From Tetramitus jugosus (Eukaryota; Protista; Heterolobosea): a stretch of DNA of 64,000 nt. Both the position numbers and the translations under genes were made by a program. Under the pieces are notes generated by a model, which saw only the letters and a program-made list of their open reading frames with translations, did not search any database and had not been told where the DNA came from. The stretch covers positions 186,001 through 250,000 of the forward strand of contig OW569373.1 in NCBI GenBank assembly GCA_937625935.1. The letters are read 5' to 3'. This document shows positions 21,683 to 32,758 of this stretch, one piece after another; the stretch's first letter is position 1, and every line of letters starts with the position of its first letter.

Positions 21683-23347
21683 TTAATGGTACAAAATAAA
21701 ATCAACATCACTCAAAATTGAATGGGATGCAGCGTGCTTCAAGTTACTCATGAAAGAATCCAAGTTCTTTCTTGAAGATGCCGATTTCAACAACAGTACG
21801 TTGACAAAGTATCCTGAGGCACAACTGGTCACTTGGTAGTGAGGGTGATCGAACATTTGACAGCAGTTGGAGTTTGCTACATGTTCGACAATCTTCAGTG
21901 GGACATGACCATTGATTTCGAGATTAAACAAGCGGCCATTATTTGCATCAATAACAACAAAACCATTAGCTCCTGCAGAGACTATTGGATTCGCTAGTGT
22001 TGATGCGTCAATGCACCAATGATCTTGTTGAGTCGAAGCAAGACTTGGATACGTGAAGACACGCTTCATCGAGTCCACGAATGCGGCACTATACCACGAA
22101 CATGAAAAGTCCTTGATGTGTGCATTTCCCAGACGATCCAAATTCAACTTCGCAAAAGAGTTGTTGGAAAGAGTGTTTGCGGTTGTCAATCCATCGATAC
22201 TTCCTGCTACATATACCTCACCTTGAGATGTCAGTGCAGCTGTAAACTTTTCTCCACCATCAATCTTAACCAAGCGACATAAATCGAAAGACCTAGGAGG
22301 GAGTCTCGACGTTTCATGGACCAATGCTGATACTGCATCATCTGCATAGGTATTTGTTCCATTTCCCAACTGACCAAACGTGTTGGATCCTATAGAATAC
22401 ACCTGATTACCCTTCGTGTGATCACATTGGTACACCAAGTGTTCATTGCCTGCTCCAAAAGTGGCAACGAAACCATTGGTCGGTCTGAGCACCGGTTCAA
22501 TCGTTGAGCTATAATTTGATCCGAGACGTCCAACCGTGTACAACTCGCCCGTTGTTGTAATAAACGCAGAGAACCAACCACCACAGGCAATGTCTCTGAT
22601 ACGAATGTTGCGCTCCACAAACCACAATATCAACGTTGGCAAAGAAACATTGTTTCTGTGCAATGCATGATTCTGATCATACGAAAGCAGTTGACCATCT
22701 GCATTGTGACCCATGCCATACACGTATCCCTCCTCTGTCAAGTACAAGCAATGAATACTTCCAATGGCAACCTTTTTCAATCGAACCTGTGACAACTTGT
22801 GATTCAACACCAAGTGATCCAACACGTACGGTACATGAAGCAAAGAGAAACCAGGACAGTGCTGCTCAATCGTTTCCAAACTCATGCACGATCGATTCCA
22901 ATTCTGTGCTCTCTGTCCATCCAACTGCACACCCAGAATGTGCATATTCTGAGAACTTGTCTGATCGATCCACAGTTCCTGATAGGTCGAACTACCGCCA
23001 CATCCAATGACGACACTGTCATGGTGCGAAACGATGCATCGATTGGTGGCTTCACGTCTATCATGGGGTACTGTATCAGCATCATTTGCGTCCTGTCGCT
23101 CTTGATCAGCATCTTCTTCTAGTTGTAAATGTCGTAGTTGAGCCACTTGATTTCTTCCTGGATTACGATAGGTGATGCCATCATTGGGACGAGGATTGGA
23201 GACTTGTGGGTATGGTACTGGTGAGCTCATGGATGAAGATAATGATGATGATGATTGGTCGTTATCAGATAGTATGGTGGTAAAGTGTTGCAATTGCTCT
23301 TGTTGTTCGCGGTCTCTGCTTCCCAACAATCTGCCCAAACGTTTCAT
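21683..23347 (-). CDS. RCC1-repeat protein
   Basis: HCLYLTEEGYVYGMGHNADGQL, IACGGWFS, VYSIGSNTFGQLG. Confidence 0.88.
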   Translation of the reverse strand: MKRLGRLLGSRDREQQEQLQHFTTILSDNDQSSSSLSSSMSSPVPYPQVSNPRPNDGITYRNPGRNQVAQLRHLQLEEDADQERQDANDADTVPHDRREATNRCIVSHHDSVVIGCGGSSTYQELWIDQTSSQNMHILGVQLDGQRAQNWNRSCMSLETIEQHCPGFSLLHVPYVLDHLVLNHKLSQVRLKKVAIGSIHCLYLTEEGYVYGMGHNADGQLLSYDQNHALHRNNVSLPTLILWFVERNIRIRDIACGGWFSAFITTTGELYTVGRLGSNYSSTIEPVLRPTNGFVATFGAGNEHLVYQCDHTKGNQVYSIGSNTFGQLGNGTNTYADDAVSALVHETSRLPPRSFDLCRLVKIDGGEKFTAALTSQGEVYVAGSIDGLTTANTLSNNSFAKLNLDRLGNAHIKDFSCSWYSAAFVDSMKRVFTYPSLASTQQDHWCIDASTLANPIVSAGANGFVVIDANNGRLFNLEINGHVPLKIVEHVANSNCCQMFDHPHYQVTSCASGYFVNVLLLKSASSRKNLDSFMSNLKHAASHSILSDVDFILYH

Positions 23348-23694
23348 GTTCTTTTTTTGTGTTGTTAATAATGTTCTCCAGCCGGAACATCTTGTCGGAG
23401 AAGTTCATTTTTCCGAATGGAAGTTTGAAGAAAAAATAAAACAAAAAGTCCTTGTGGAGAGAATCTCGGTTGACCATTCGAAGATGAAGAGCTCTTTGAT
23501 TCGTGTGTATTCGCTCGGACGTTGTAAAGGGAACATTCTGTGTCGGCTCCTGTCAACCAATGGAGGATCCTACCATAAAATCGTTCGATTGATTTTGGAG
23601 GAAAACGATTCCAACAACATTATCATCCAATTGAAAAAGTATTGCTCCTTGGGTTAGCTAAGAACAAAGACAAAGAGATCAACATCTGATAATC

Positions 23695-26600
23695 ATGGTT
23701 GTCCACACTACTTCCTCCACAGATAATATTCTGATTGATCGGAGTTCGACAGCCTATGTTTCAAAGAAAACCAATTTGTCGCTCGTCAAAACAAGCACCG
23801 TTGTCCAGACGATTGTTGGAATCCTTTTGTCAGTGATTGTCATATCGGTCATTGTTATTCTCATTGTTTTCTTCTCGGTACACTATACGGCTTCGGCTCC
23901 AAAGTTGTATCCGGATTCTGTGTCTGTCATGAAACGAGCAGCCATCATCATCAACGTGCTAGAGAATGACGAAAAACCAGATCAATTAAAGGTGTACAAA
24001 GTTTCGTCACCCAGGTATGGAACAGTACGAATAGCGCAAGACGGGACTGCTGTCGAATACAAATCCAATGCTCGGTATGCAGGAACTGACTCGTTTGAAT
24101 ACACAGCAGGAACAGCCTATAAAACACGGACATCCTATGTCAATGTGACTGTGCTAAACACATCGCCAACACCGATTGATTTCACGTTCCAAGTACCCAG
24201 AAATTCCAAAGACAATCACTATAACCTATTTGAGCTCAAGAGTCGAGGAAAAATGATAAGTGACGAAGATGGGGATATCATGGCAATAGTCTATGCGAGT
24301 CAACCAAGCAACGGTTCAACGTCATTCACGAACTCCACCGTTGATTACACACCAAACTTTGGTTTTAACGGAATTGACTCCATATTTTACAATGTGACGG
24401 ATTTTAATGACACATCGTCTGCTTCCATCAACTTTGTCCTTGTGAATACTCCTCCAGTTGCCCGACCAGATATCTTTACAGTTCCAAAGAACAGGTTGAC
24501 TGAACTAAACTTACTATCGAACGACTATGACCTGAACTATGACAAATTATCGATTCTTAACACGAGTGGATCACGAGCCAGAGTTCAAGTACTATCTGAT
24601 CAGAACAGTGTGCTTTATGTTGCAAGCGTGAATCCAGCACCATACGTTGACTCTTTTGAATATTTGATCACTGATGGCTATGAAGGCTATGCTTCCTCAT
24701 CTGTTGTAATTACTGTGGAAAACGCATCTCCTGTCACCACCAACACAAGTACTTCTATCATACAAAACAGTTCCAACAATAAGATATCGATTAAATACTC
24801 GGATTTTGATCAAATGGACGAGCATTCAGCAAAAATTATAGATGGACCTTATTTTGGAACTGCTGAGATTTTAGTCACAAGGAAGGAGGTTGAATTATCG
24901 TACGACAACGCTCTGTATCTCGTAATTCACAATGAATTCACGATACTGTACACACCTAATCATAATTTTTTGGGTGACGATCAGATTAGATATCAAATCA
25001 CTGACGGCTATGATAATTGTGAAGGATATGCAAATATTCACATGTTGGTTCTTCCTCCTGTGGCACAACCTGATTCGGCTATTTGTCAGAAGAATCTCTA
25101 CATAGATATCGATGTACTAGCCAACGATAGTGATCCCTCCGCTTATCCTATCGTTATATCAAGGCCTGCAACTAACATAACGATCCAATCAGTCAGAGGT
25201 GGACAAATCAAGAAAATGTCGAATCGTGTACTGAGGTATTATGCTCCTGCTACTTTCACTGGTTCAGACTCTTTCCAATACTCCATTACGAATGTACCAT
25301 CAGATCCATCTAGGGCCACATCTAGTAAAGCTCAAGTGACTGTAACAGTGGTCAACACTCCACCAACGGCAAACGATGATAGCATTAAGATGAATCGGAA
25401 TGGAACAGCTGATATAGACGTTTTATCGAATGACTTTGACGCAAATGGAGATGCAATACAACTCCTCTCGGTTGAAGCAGCACCTGATGATCACCGATCA
25501 GCCATAATAATAAGAAACAATACTCAATTTGTGCGGATCTATGCTGGACAAACGTTGAAGCCCTTCGTTCTGAATTACACAATCGCTGATATTCCCGATG
25601 GTGCCACTGCAACAGGAAATGTTTATGTCAGCTTTGTCAATGTGCCGCCAATAACAAACAACGATAATGTTACTACCTTGTGGAACAGAAGTGTGATCGT
25701 GGATGTTGTGGCAAATGACTATGATGATAATTATGATGACCGGACGAAACTGGCCATTTATGACGTCACTCAAGCCAGACAAGGACGAGTGGAAATATAC
25801 AACAAAACATGTGCTCGATATATCCCAAATCCAGGATTCATAGGAAACGATTCATTCACATATAGGATTACGGATAGCCTTGATTTCTCAAATGTTAGCG
25901 TGGTTTATGTACAAGTAATTAACCATGCTCCTATTGCTAGTGACGATTACCTTTCATCACATTGGAGAGTTTCATTGTTGCAGATCAATGCGCTCAATAA
26001 TGATACTGATCCTGATGGAGATTATATTACAATTAATGAAATCCACCAACCTGCTCACGGTAATGCCAGTATATATCGAGGAGTTGTGAGATATTCTGTT
26101 CCACCCAGAGTGGGTTTAGAAGTCATTCAATATTCAATAACCGACTTCGCCGCTTTTTCGGCTGCTCAAATTACAATTAACATTACAAACACAGCACCTG
26201 TGGCAGAGGATGACTTTTTGGAAATCCACTGGTCCTTCAAATCTATTGCTATTCAAGTATTGGAGAATGACTATGATTCAAACAATGATCCATTATATAT
26301 AACCAATGTTACCCAACCAAGCGGAGGAAACACTTCCATAACTGATCAAAAAGACTTTATTCGATTTGTGTGTGATGATTGTTTCGGTTTATACAACATT
26401 TCATACACGATCAGTGACACAATCGACCAATCATCAGCAGTATTGTCGATTAATGTTTCAAACGATCATAAAGTTAGTGCCCTAGAACTAGTATCGCGAC
26501 TCCATTGGAGAGAACTTCTCCAGGCTCCAGCAACCTTTCAAGTATGGAATACTACTGTCGATAGCGATGGAGATTTTATCTCCATTGCTTTTTTAGATAC

Positions 26601-29600
26601 AATTACACAACCAATTATTGGAGTGAACCAGGAAGAAGGATCAACGATAATAACTGTCACAGGCACTGAATTTTGGAGAGTAGGTCAACTGGCTTTCGAG
26701 TACGTAATTAGTGATGGATTACACATCGATGATCAGAAAGGATCTATAACTCTTATCTCAACAAACGAACCACCTATTGCAAAGGAATACAATGTAACTC
26801 TTGAGTGGGATCAACTGCTGCAAGGAATAGAGTTCGATGTACTAATGGATTCGCACGATGATGACGTACTCGATAAGGAAAATTTGTTCATTGTGTCTGT
26901 AGAACCTGCTGTCGGCATTGAGACTGGAGAAGGAGTGATTGAGATACGAGATTTGAATACTACGTACTTGAATCAAACTATCTATTACCAACCTGCCCAG
27001 AATGAAACTGGAACATTCACATTCGTCTACACCATCTCTGATGGTTTGAACACTTCGTCGGCTTCTATTTCTATTACGATCTTACCAACATTGATCACAA
27101 CGAATGAACTCTTCTATACTTATCATTGGAAGAGGGCTGAAAGTGGAGTTGATATTGATCTCATCAAGGGATTGAACCAAAGCGTAATCATTCAGGAGCA
27201 GCAATTTATGAGCAGCAACAACGGAACAGCAAGAGTATCCAACAGTACTCTGCACTACCAATCTATGAAGGGATTCCTTGGAGAAGATCAGGTGATTATA
27301 CAAGTCCTCACACCAACACCCACACCTATTACCATCCATATAAAGGTGACCAACTCACCACCAAGATGTCCATCTCGAACGATTCAACTCCATTGGCGAA
27401 TGTTGTCTAATGAAATGGATATTCCATTATTATGGGGGGTCAGCGACTCGGACAATGATACCCCAATAATGTTAGTCAGTGTGGTCAAGTTGTCAGGGAC
27501 GGTAGGAAATGGAACAATACGAGGCAATTCGATGAAGTATACATCCCCTTTCTTTGGTTTTGTTGGAAAAGAGTCATTCCAATACACTGTGTCGGATGGA
27601 ATATCTCAATCATCTTCCCAGGTCAGTATTTCCGTTACGAACAAGAAACCAATTTTGTTCTCAAAATCCTTCAGGGAACATTTCACCGAGTTTGGGTCAG
27701 GCAAGAACAAAACACTGAATATTTTCACAGGCGGTGATGCCACTGTTTCCAACAATGATTACGATCCGAATGGCGATCCCTTAATGCTGACATATGTTGA
27801 GAGTATGTCAGAAGAATTGAAAGTTGATATTGTCAATAATTCTACCGGGACTGTCAGAGTGTTCATTAACTCCAATGACACTTCAAAGTTATTCATTTTT
27901 AAGTATCGTGCGTCAGACGGCTCCATAAGCGGTACTTCAGAGCAGTTTATTCAAATTTCATTGATCAATACTCCTCCCATGGCAGTCCAAGATCTCATTG
28001 CAATTCATTGGAAAGACCATCCGAAAGAGATAGATGTTCTCGCAAATGACTACGATATGGACAATGATACAATCACTTTACTATCTGCTTTTTCGCAAAA
28101 TGGTGGAATTGTCTCTGTCTCCAATAATAGTTTACTCTATTCTCCATCAAGAATGTTTCTAGGAATGGATAGAATCTCGTACACTATATCAGATGGAGCC
28201 TCAATAGACAAAGGAACAGTGGAAGTAGAAGTTTATGATAATCCACCTAATGCACCTCTGTTTATATATCACAATCATTGGAGAAATGTGTCGTACGAAA
28301 GTGGGATAGAATTCAACATTTTGGATGATCCAAGAGTAGTAGATGTAGATCCACTCGATACAGTATCTTTGTCGCCCACTTACTCGGGAGATGTCGAAGG
28401 TATTGTTCGTTTTATCGATGGAAAAACTCTTGTCTACTCCCCACCGAACCCATCTCTTGGAAGCACAAGATTTAACTATGTTGTGTCGGATGGGATATTG
28501 TCTTCAGATGGCACAATTGTCATCAACATTACAAACACTCCTCCTACTGCCAGTGACCGAACAATAATGCTCGAAAAATTGTCAGGAATGATGAACTATA
28601 CGTTGGACAGGAACAACACTCTTCTTTTCAATGGAACGACGGACGCTGATGGAGATTCATTAAGTTTGATTGTTTTATCTGGAGGTACAAAGAGTGAAGG
28701 CAGCAACGATGTATCCTTTGTGTTAGGAGATGCACTTTCTAGGACTCACTATATCAATTACAAATATCATGATGGCATTAAGGATTCTAATATCGCAAAA
28801 GCAACAATTCTATTCAAGAATAGACTCCCCGTGTGTAAGAATGTCACTTTCACGATGAACAAGGGTGAATCATTGAATATATCATCAATTGTGCTATGCT
28901 CTGATGAAGATGGAGATAACATTCAATTCTTGCCTTCTACAGCTAGCAATATCACCGGGTTTGTGAGTATCAATCCATCCTATCTTGTGTATGCTTCGTT
29001 ACTCGAACAGAGCTATAACTATACTCTAGAGTATCGAGTAACAGACAATGAAAACAGCACTGAGATTGTTGGAGGATTTATCACATTCATCATCCAGAAC
29101 AGGTCACCCTCTAGTGATGATTACACTTGGATGATTAGAGCTCGCAGAGACCTTCAAACGTACAATATCGATTATATCAGTGCATCTAGTGCGACGGACG
29201 AAGATTCCTATGATAGATATGGATTGTTCATTAAGGCTGTAAAGTCTATTGACTGTCCTACTGATGCTACCTTATCAATATTGAATAATAGGCTTCTTTT
29301 GTTGAAGAGATCCTTTACATTTTATGGACAGTGTCAAGTAGCCGTTACCATATCTGATCGGGATGTCACACAACCAAAGGAAGTGACAAGCACTCTTACA
29401 ATCATCGTTTCTGATCCAGGTGCAATTGTGGCAACTGATCTGACGATTGAAGTAGTTGATGCTGATCAGTACTTCTACTTAACAGAGGCGGAAATAATGG
29501 CTAACGACTATGATAAACAAGGAGGTTCTTTAATATTTGATGGGTTCCTCTACAATCCAACTGTGTGCTCCGAATACGGATTTTGTAGAGAGGAAGCCAA

Positions 29601-31062
29601 ACCCGCTCAAGAAAACGATAGAAGGTGGCGCTTCACTCAAAAATCTTATCAATGTCAGACAGACAGATTCAAGTACCGAGTGGTTTCTGCCCAAGATCCA
29701 TCTCTAGATGCATTTGCAACTGTAAATGTTGTCTATAAGAACTGTACTTGTCAAACACCTCTCGATATCATGATTGTCATTGACTCTTCTGGATCTATTG
29801 GTACTTATAACTTTGATTTGATGAAACAATTCGTTACTAGTATTATTGATCAGTTTGATGTTGGGCCAGGAGAAAAGCAAGTGCAGATTGGTGTAGTTCG
29901 ATTTGCATCCGATGCGCAGTTAATTCAACAACTTTCTAATGTGACTGATCAGATCAAAACCTCTATATCAACTATGGATTATGTAAGTGGAGGAACCTCT
30001 ATGCTTGCTGGAATCTCTCTTGCAGAACAGGAGCTGAGTCAAAAGAGTCGATTTAATGTGAGTAAGGTTATTCTACTACTCACAGATGGAGTACCAAATG
30101 GTCCATGCACGCCATTGCAATGCATCTCTTATTATAATGGAACAGAAGGAAATTGTAATTCTCCTCGATATCCTCATCGAGATAGCAACTCTTGTCATGT
30201 TCGGAATCCTCTTTCATGCATGCCATGCAGCGACGTAATTCCACTGAGTACAAAACTCAACAGTAGAAGACTAGACGACCACGGTAACTTTCCTCCTGAG
30301 GGATTCTGGAGAATAATCCCTGTCGGAATAGGTGAGGCACTTCGGAGCAAGCAAGCAGAAGACTACATTAGACAAATGGCCGCCGACCCCTCTCAATTCC
30401 TGGTTGTTGATTGGAGTGAATTGAATACTATAGTGGAAGTAATTGGTGCTCAAGCTTGCAACTTTGTCTCGTTATCAACAAAATCAAACGATACTATCAC
30501 CGTAATTGAAGAAGACGTTCCACCTACACATACGTGTGGACAAATTGTGACAATAGGAGTCAGAAATAATGAAGGAACTTTTGCCTTTGTAAACCAAGAT
30601 GACTCCAGACTGATGAACAGAGGCATGTATACACCCAATGATGTGAATTCCAGGAACACTCTCTACCAGATTACGAACTGTGGTAGTTATGGTGATCCAC
30701 TCACATACGGCAATACATCAATATCTCTATGGAGCTTACAAACTAGACAATATGTGTCAGCTACGAATGGAAGACTATATGCGAATGCCGCATCAGTGTC
30801 TAGCAATGAAATATTTCAAGTGTTGAGTCAGATAGGAGCTCCCGAACACAAACCGGTCTATCTCTACAATTCTGTTTGTTTTAAGAATACAGGGTCAGGA
30901 AAATACATTCTCCCAGATGATTACAACGTCGATTCGTCAGGAGATGATTGCAACCAGCTGAACTCATTGATGTGGATGAATGAAATTAAGTACTCTCAAA
31001 TCAAATATCGACAAGACATCTTGTCTCCTGATCAATTTCCTACACCAATAATCAATGAATAA
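23695..31062 (+). CDS. Giant type II membrane adhesin-like protein: Ig/cadherin-like (Big_9/tandem-95-like) repeats, VWA domain, possible beta-trefoil
   Basis: N-terminal TM (about aa 35-62); many NxPPxAxxD...DVLxNDxDxDGD...F.Y.I.D repeats; VWA MIDAS DSSGS..T..TDG at about 29761-30460. Confidence 0.85.
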   Translation: MVVHTTSSTDNILIDRSSTAYVSKKTNLSLVKTSTVVQTIVGILLSVIVISVIVILIVFFSVHYTASAPKLYPDSVSVMKRAAIIINVLENDEKPDQLKVYKVSSPRYGTVRIAQDGTAVEYKSNARYAGTDSFEYTAGTAYKTRTSYVNVTVLNTSPTPIDFTFQVPRNSKDNHYNLFELKSRGKMISDEDGDIMAIVYASQPSNGSTSFTNSTVDYTPNFGFNGIDSIFYNVTDFNDTSSASINFVLVNTPPVARPDIFTVPKNRLTELNLLSNDYDLNYDKLSILNTSGSRARVQVLSDQNSVLYVASVNPAPYVDSFEYLITDGYEGYASSSVVITVENASPVTTNTSTSIIQNSSNNKISIKYSDFDQMDEHSAKIIDGPYFGTAEILVTRKEVELSYDNALYLVIHNEFTILYTPNHNFLGDDQIRYQITDGYDNCEGYANIHMLVLPPVAQPDSAICQKNLYIDIDVLANDSDPSAYPIVISRPATNITIQSVRGGQIKKMSNRVLRYYAPATFTGSDSFQYSITNVPSDPSRATSSKAQVTVTVVNTPPTANDDSIKMNRNGTADIDVLSNDFDANGDAIQLLSVEAAPDDHRSAIIIRNNTQFVRIYAGQTLKPFVLNYTIADIPDGATATGNVYVSFVNVPPITNNDNVTTLWNRSVIVDVVANDYDDNYDDRTKLAIYDVTQARQGRVEIYNKTCARYIPNPGFIGNDSFTYRITDSLDFSNVSVVYVQVINHAPIASDDYLSSHWRVSLLQINALNNDTDPDGDYITINEIHQPAHGNASIYRGVVRYSVPPRVGLEVIQYSITDFAAFSAAQITINITNTAPVAEDDFLEIHWSFKSIAIQVLENDYDSNNDPLYITNVTQPSGGNTSITDQKDFIRFVCDDCFGLYNISYTISDTIDQSSAVLSINVSNDHKVSALELVSRLHWRELLQAPATFQVWNTTVDSDGDFISIAFLDTITQPIIGVNQEEGSTIITVTGTEFWRVGQLAFEYVISDGLHIDDQKGSITLISTNEPPIAKEYNVTLEWDQLLQGIEFDVLMDSHDDDVLDKENLFIVSVEPAVGIETGEGVIEIRDLNTTYLNQTIYYQPAQNETGTFTFVYTISDGLNTSSASISITILPTLITTNELFYTYHWKRAESGVDIDLIKGLNQSVIIQEQQFMSSNNGTARVSNSTLHYQSMKGFLGEDQVIIQVLTPTPTPITIHIKVTNSPPRCPSRTIQLHWRMLSNEMDIPLLWGVSDSDNDTPIMLVSVVKLSGTVGNGTIRGNSMKYTSPFFGFVGKESFQYTVSDGISQSSSQVSISVTNKKPILFSKSFREHFTEFGSGKNKTLNIFTGGDATVSNNDYDPNGDPLMLTYVESMSEELKVDIVNNSTGTVRVFINSNDTSKLFIFKYRASDGSISGTSEQFIQISLINTPPMAVQDLIAIHWKDHPKEIDVLANDYDMDNDTITLLSAFSQNGGIVSVSNNSLLYSPSRMFLGMDRISYTISDGASIDKGTVEVEVYDNPPNAPLFIYHNHWRNVSYESGIEFNILDDPRVVDVDPLDTVSLSPTYSGDVEGIVRFIDGKTLVYSPPNPSLGSTRFNYVVSDGILSSDGTIVINITNTPPTASDRTIMLEKLSGMMNYTLDRNNTLLFNGTTDADGDSLSLIVLSGGTKSEGSNDVSFVLGDALSRTHYINYKYHDGIKDSNIAKATILFKNRLPVCKNVTFTMNKGESLNISSIVLCSDEDGDNIQFLPSTASNITGFVSINPSYLVYASLLEQSYNYTLEYRVTDNENSTEIVGGFITFIIQNRSPSSDDYTWMIRARRDLQTYNIDYISASSATDEDSYDRYGLFIKAVKSIDCPTDATLSILNNRLLLLKRSFTFYGQCQVAVTISDRDVTQPKEVTSTLTIIVSDPGAIVATDLTIEVVDADQYFYLTEAEIMANDYDKQGGSLIFDGFLYNPTVCSEYGFCREEAKPAQENDRRWRFTQKSYQCQTDRFKYRVVSAQDPSLDAFATVNVVYKNCTCQTPLDIMIVIDSSGSIGTYNFDLMKQFVTSIIDQFDVGPGEKQVQIGVVRFASDAQLIQQLSNVTDQIKTSISTMDYVSGGTSMLAGISLAEQELSQKSRFNVSKVILLLTDGVPNGPCTPLQCISYYNGTEGNCNSPRYPHRDSNSCHVRNPLSCMPCSDVIPLSTKLNSRRLDDHGNFPPEGFWRIIPVGIGEALRSKQAEDYIRQMAADPSQFLVVDWSELNTIVEVIGAQACNFVSLSTKSNDTITVIEEDVPPTHTCGQIVTIGVRNNEGTFAFVNQDDSRLMNRGMYTPNDVNSRNTLYQITNCGSYGDPLTYGNTSISLWSLQTRQYVSATNGRLYANAASVSSNEIFQVLSQIGAPEHKPVYLYNSVCFKNTGSGKYILPDDYNVDSSGDDCNQLNSLMWMNEIKYSQIKYRQDILSPDQFPTPIINE

Positions 31063-31073
31063 ATAAGCAATAT

Positions 31074-32453
31074 TTATTGTTCAACCTCTCCTGTTGGAGG
31101 AACAAATCGGATTCTTCTTTCCTTCGTGTACGAAGCTCCACGGAGTAGCACATGGCTCAAATTAACAGACAACGAGGAGAAGTCTTTTGGTGAGTAATTG
31201 CTTGTAATGGTAGTCTGTGGCAATAGTCCCAGATGCAACAAAGTTTGAGCAACAATTTCACTGCAGAACAGGGAACTCGTATCCGACTTTTTGTTTGTCT
31301 TGAAAATACACTTCACCAAGTCAATTTTGTGCTGTTCATACTTGACCTCAGTGAGTCCAGTAATAAATGGTTCAAGCAAGGATGTCATATTTGCTCTTTC
31401 AGATCCCAATGCATCTGGCAGGTGCAATCTTCTATAGGCACAAAAGTCTGTTGGACCAGACTCCTTGAAATACTCTTCCATCCAATATTTGAGTTCCACC
31501 AATTGAACACCACCCTGTTTCTTGGAACGATCAATCAGTTCAGAGTCTGCCTCCAGAACAAACACACGTCCCTCTGAATCCTCAGGCAAATTGAATGCCT
31601 TTTTCATTGCAGGTGTAGGATCCTTGATCAATATGCTCACATGACTCCACATACACTTGAGACCCAACATGATAAACATGGAGAATGTTCCAACACCAGA
31701 GTGCAGCAAGACATCTCCAGTCTCGAACTGGTCATACACATCGTCAATCATGTCCCAACCAAACAATTTGTCCAATCGTCTGTCTTCCTCCTCTGTGATC
31801 TCATTGCGCAGAATGGACTTTAGCGAACGACTCTTGCCCAAATCGTCATCAAACAAGGACATGTCCACTTGATAGTGACGATTGATTGCTGAAGCACCAC
31901 TGCCATCACCACCATCAGTTGATTCACCAGAAGCCGCCAAATCAAAGTTCAATGCCTCCAACTGAACATGCAACGTTCCTCCATGTTTCTCCTGTCCATT
32001 CTTCTTGTGAAAAATGTTGAGAGATAGATCGAGAGGCACTTGACGAGTCAAATGAAGGGCACCAAGTGTCAATCCACACGTTCCCATCAATTTGTTCAAC
32101 CTTGACTTGTTCTTGTCCCAGATCTGAAAGATCAGAATTCTGTCTTGCGTGTTGGTCAACGTCAGAACTGTACTATCGTTCCACACTGGGTTCAAATTGT
32201 TGTTCACTGGCTCTGTTTGATAAAACTTGTTGGTGAGACCACCAATGAACATTTCACAGAACGGGTCACTGACACCGTTGATGAACTTTGGCCCACCTTC
32301 CACATCAATCAAATCCGTAGCTCTCTGAACCGTCACTCGGAGAAGTTGTTTCTCCGATGATGCGGTTGAATCATGGTGGTCTGCGACTTCTGTAGAGGGA
32401 CTTTCGCCAAAGTGAGAACCATGTCTCTTGTGATGCCAGTTGACTTCCTTCAT
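31074..32453 (-). CDS. C2 domain fused to a permuted papain-like NlpC/P60 (YiiX/YebB-like) domain
   Basis: C2: LRVTVQRATDL..SDPF..NNLNPVWN..IWDKN. Catalytic region TGDVLL, WSHVSI (His) preceding LFCSEIVA (Cys). Confidence 0.85.
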   Translation of the reverse strand: MKEVNWHHKRHGSHFGESPSTEVADHHDSTASSEKQLLRVTVQRATDLIDVEGGPKFINGVSDPFCEMFIGGLTNKFYQTEPVNNNLNPVWNDSTVLTLTNTQDRILIFQIWDKNKSRLNKLMGTCGLTLGALHLTRQVPLDLSLNIFHKKNGQEKHGGTLHVQLEALNFDLAASGESTDGGDGSGASAINRHYQVDMSLFDDDLGKSRSLKSILRNEITEEEDRRLDKLFGWDMIDDVYDQFETGDVLLHSGVGTFSMFIMLGLKCMWSHVSILIKDPTPAMKKAFNLPEDSEGRVFVLEADSELIDRSKKQGGVQLVELKYWMEEYFKESGPTDFCAYRRLHLPDALGSERANMTSLLEPFITGLTEVKYEQHKIDLVKCIFKTNKKSDTSSLFCSEIVAQTLLHLGLLPQTTITSNYSPKDFSSLSVNLSHVLLRGASYTKERRIRFVPPTGEVEQ

Positions 32454-32758
32454 TGGTGCACGTGAATACTTGTTTTCGCTTCTTGCTGTTGTTTGTGTTT
32501 GTTGTGTACAAGTTTGGGGAGTGTTGGGAAGTAAGTGTACAAGTGGAACCTGTCATCCAAGATGTCACAACTCGCGAAAAATACCGCGGTACTTGGTGTT
32601 TTACAGCTCGGACAAATTGAGAGGATAACCTATGAAAAATCTCCCAATCATTCAAACTGGGACGGCTCGAAAGTAAACCCAAAAACACCTTCTATTGGCT
32701 TTAGTTAGAACTATCACGATAGCGTGTTGCAAGAATTATTGCAATTATTTACAAGAAA

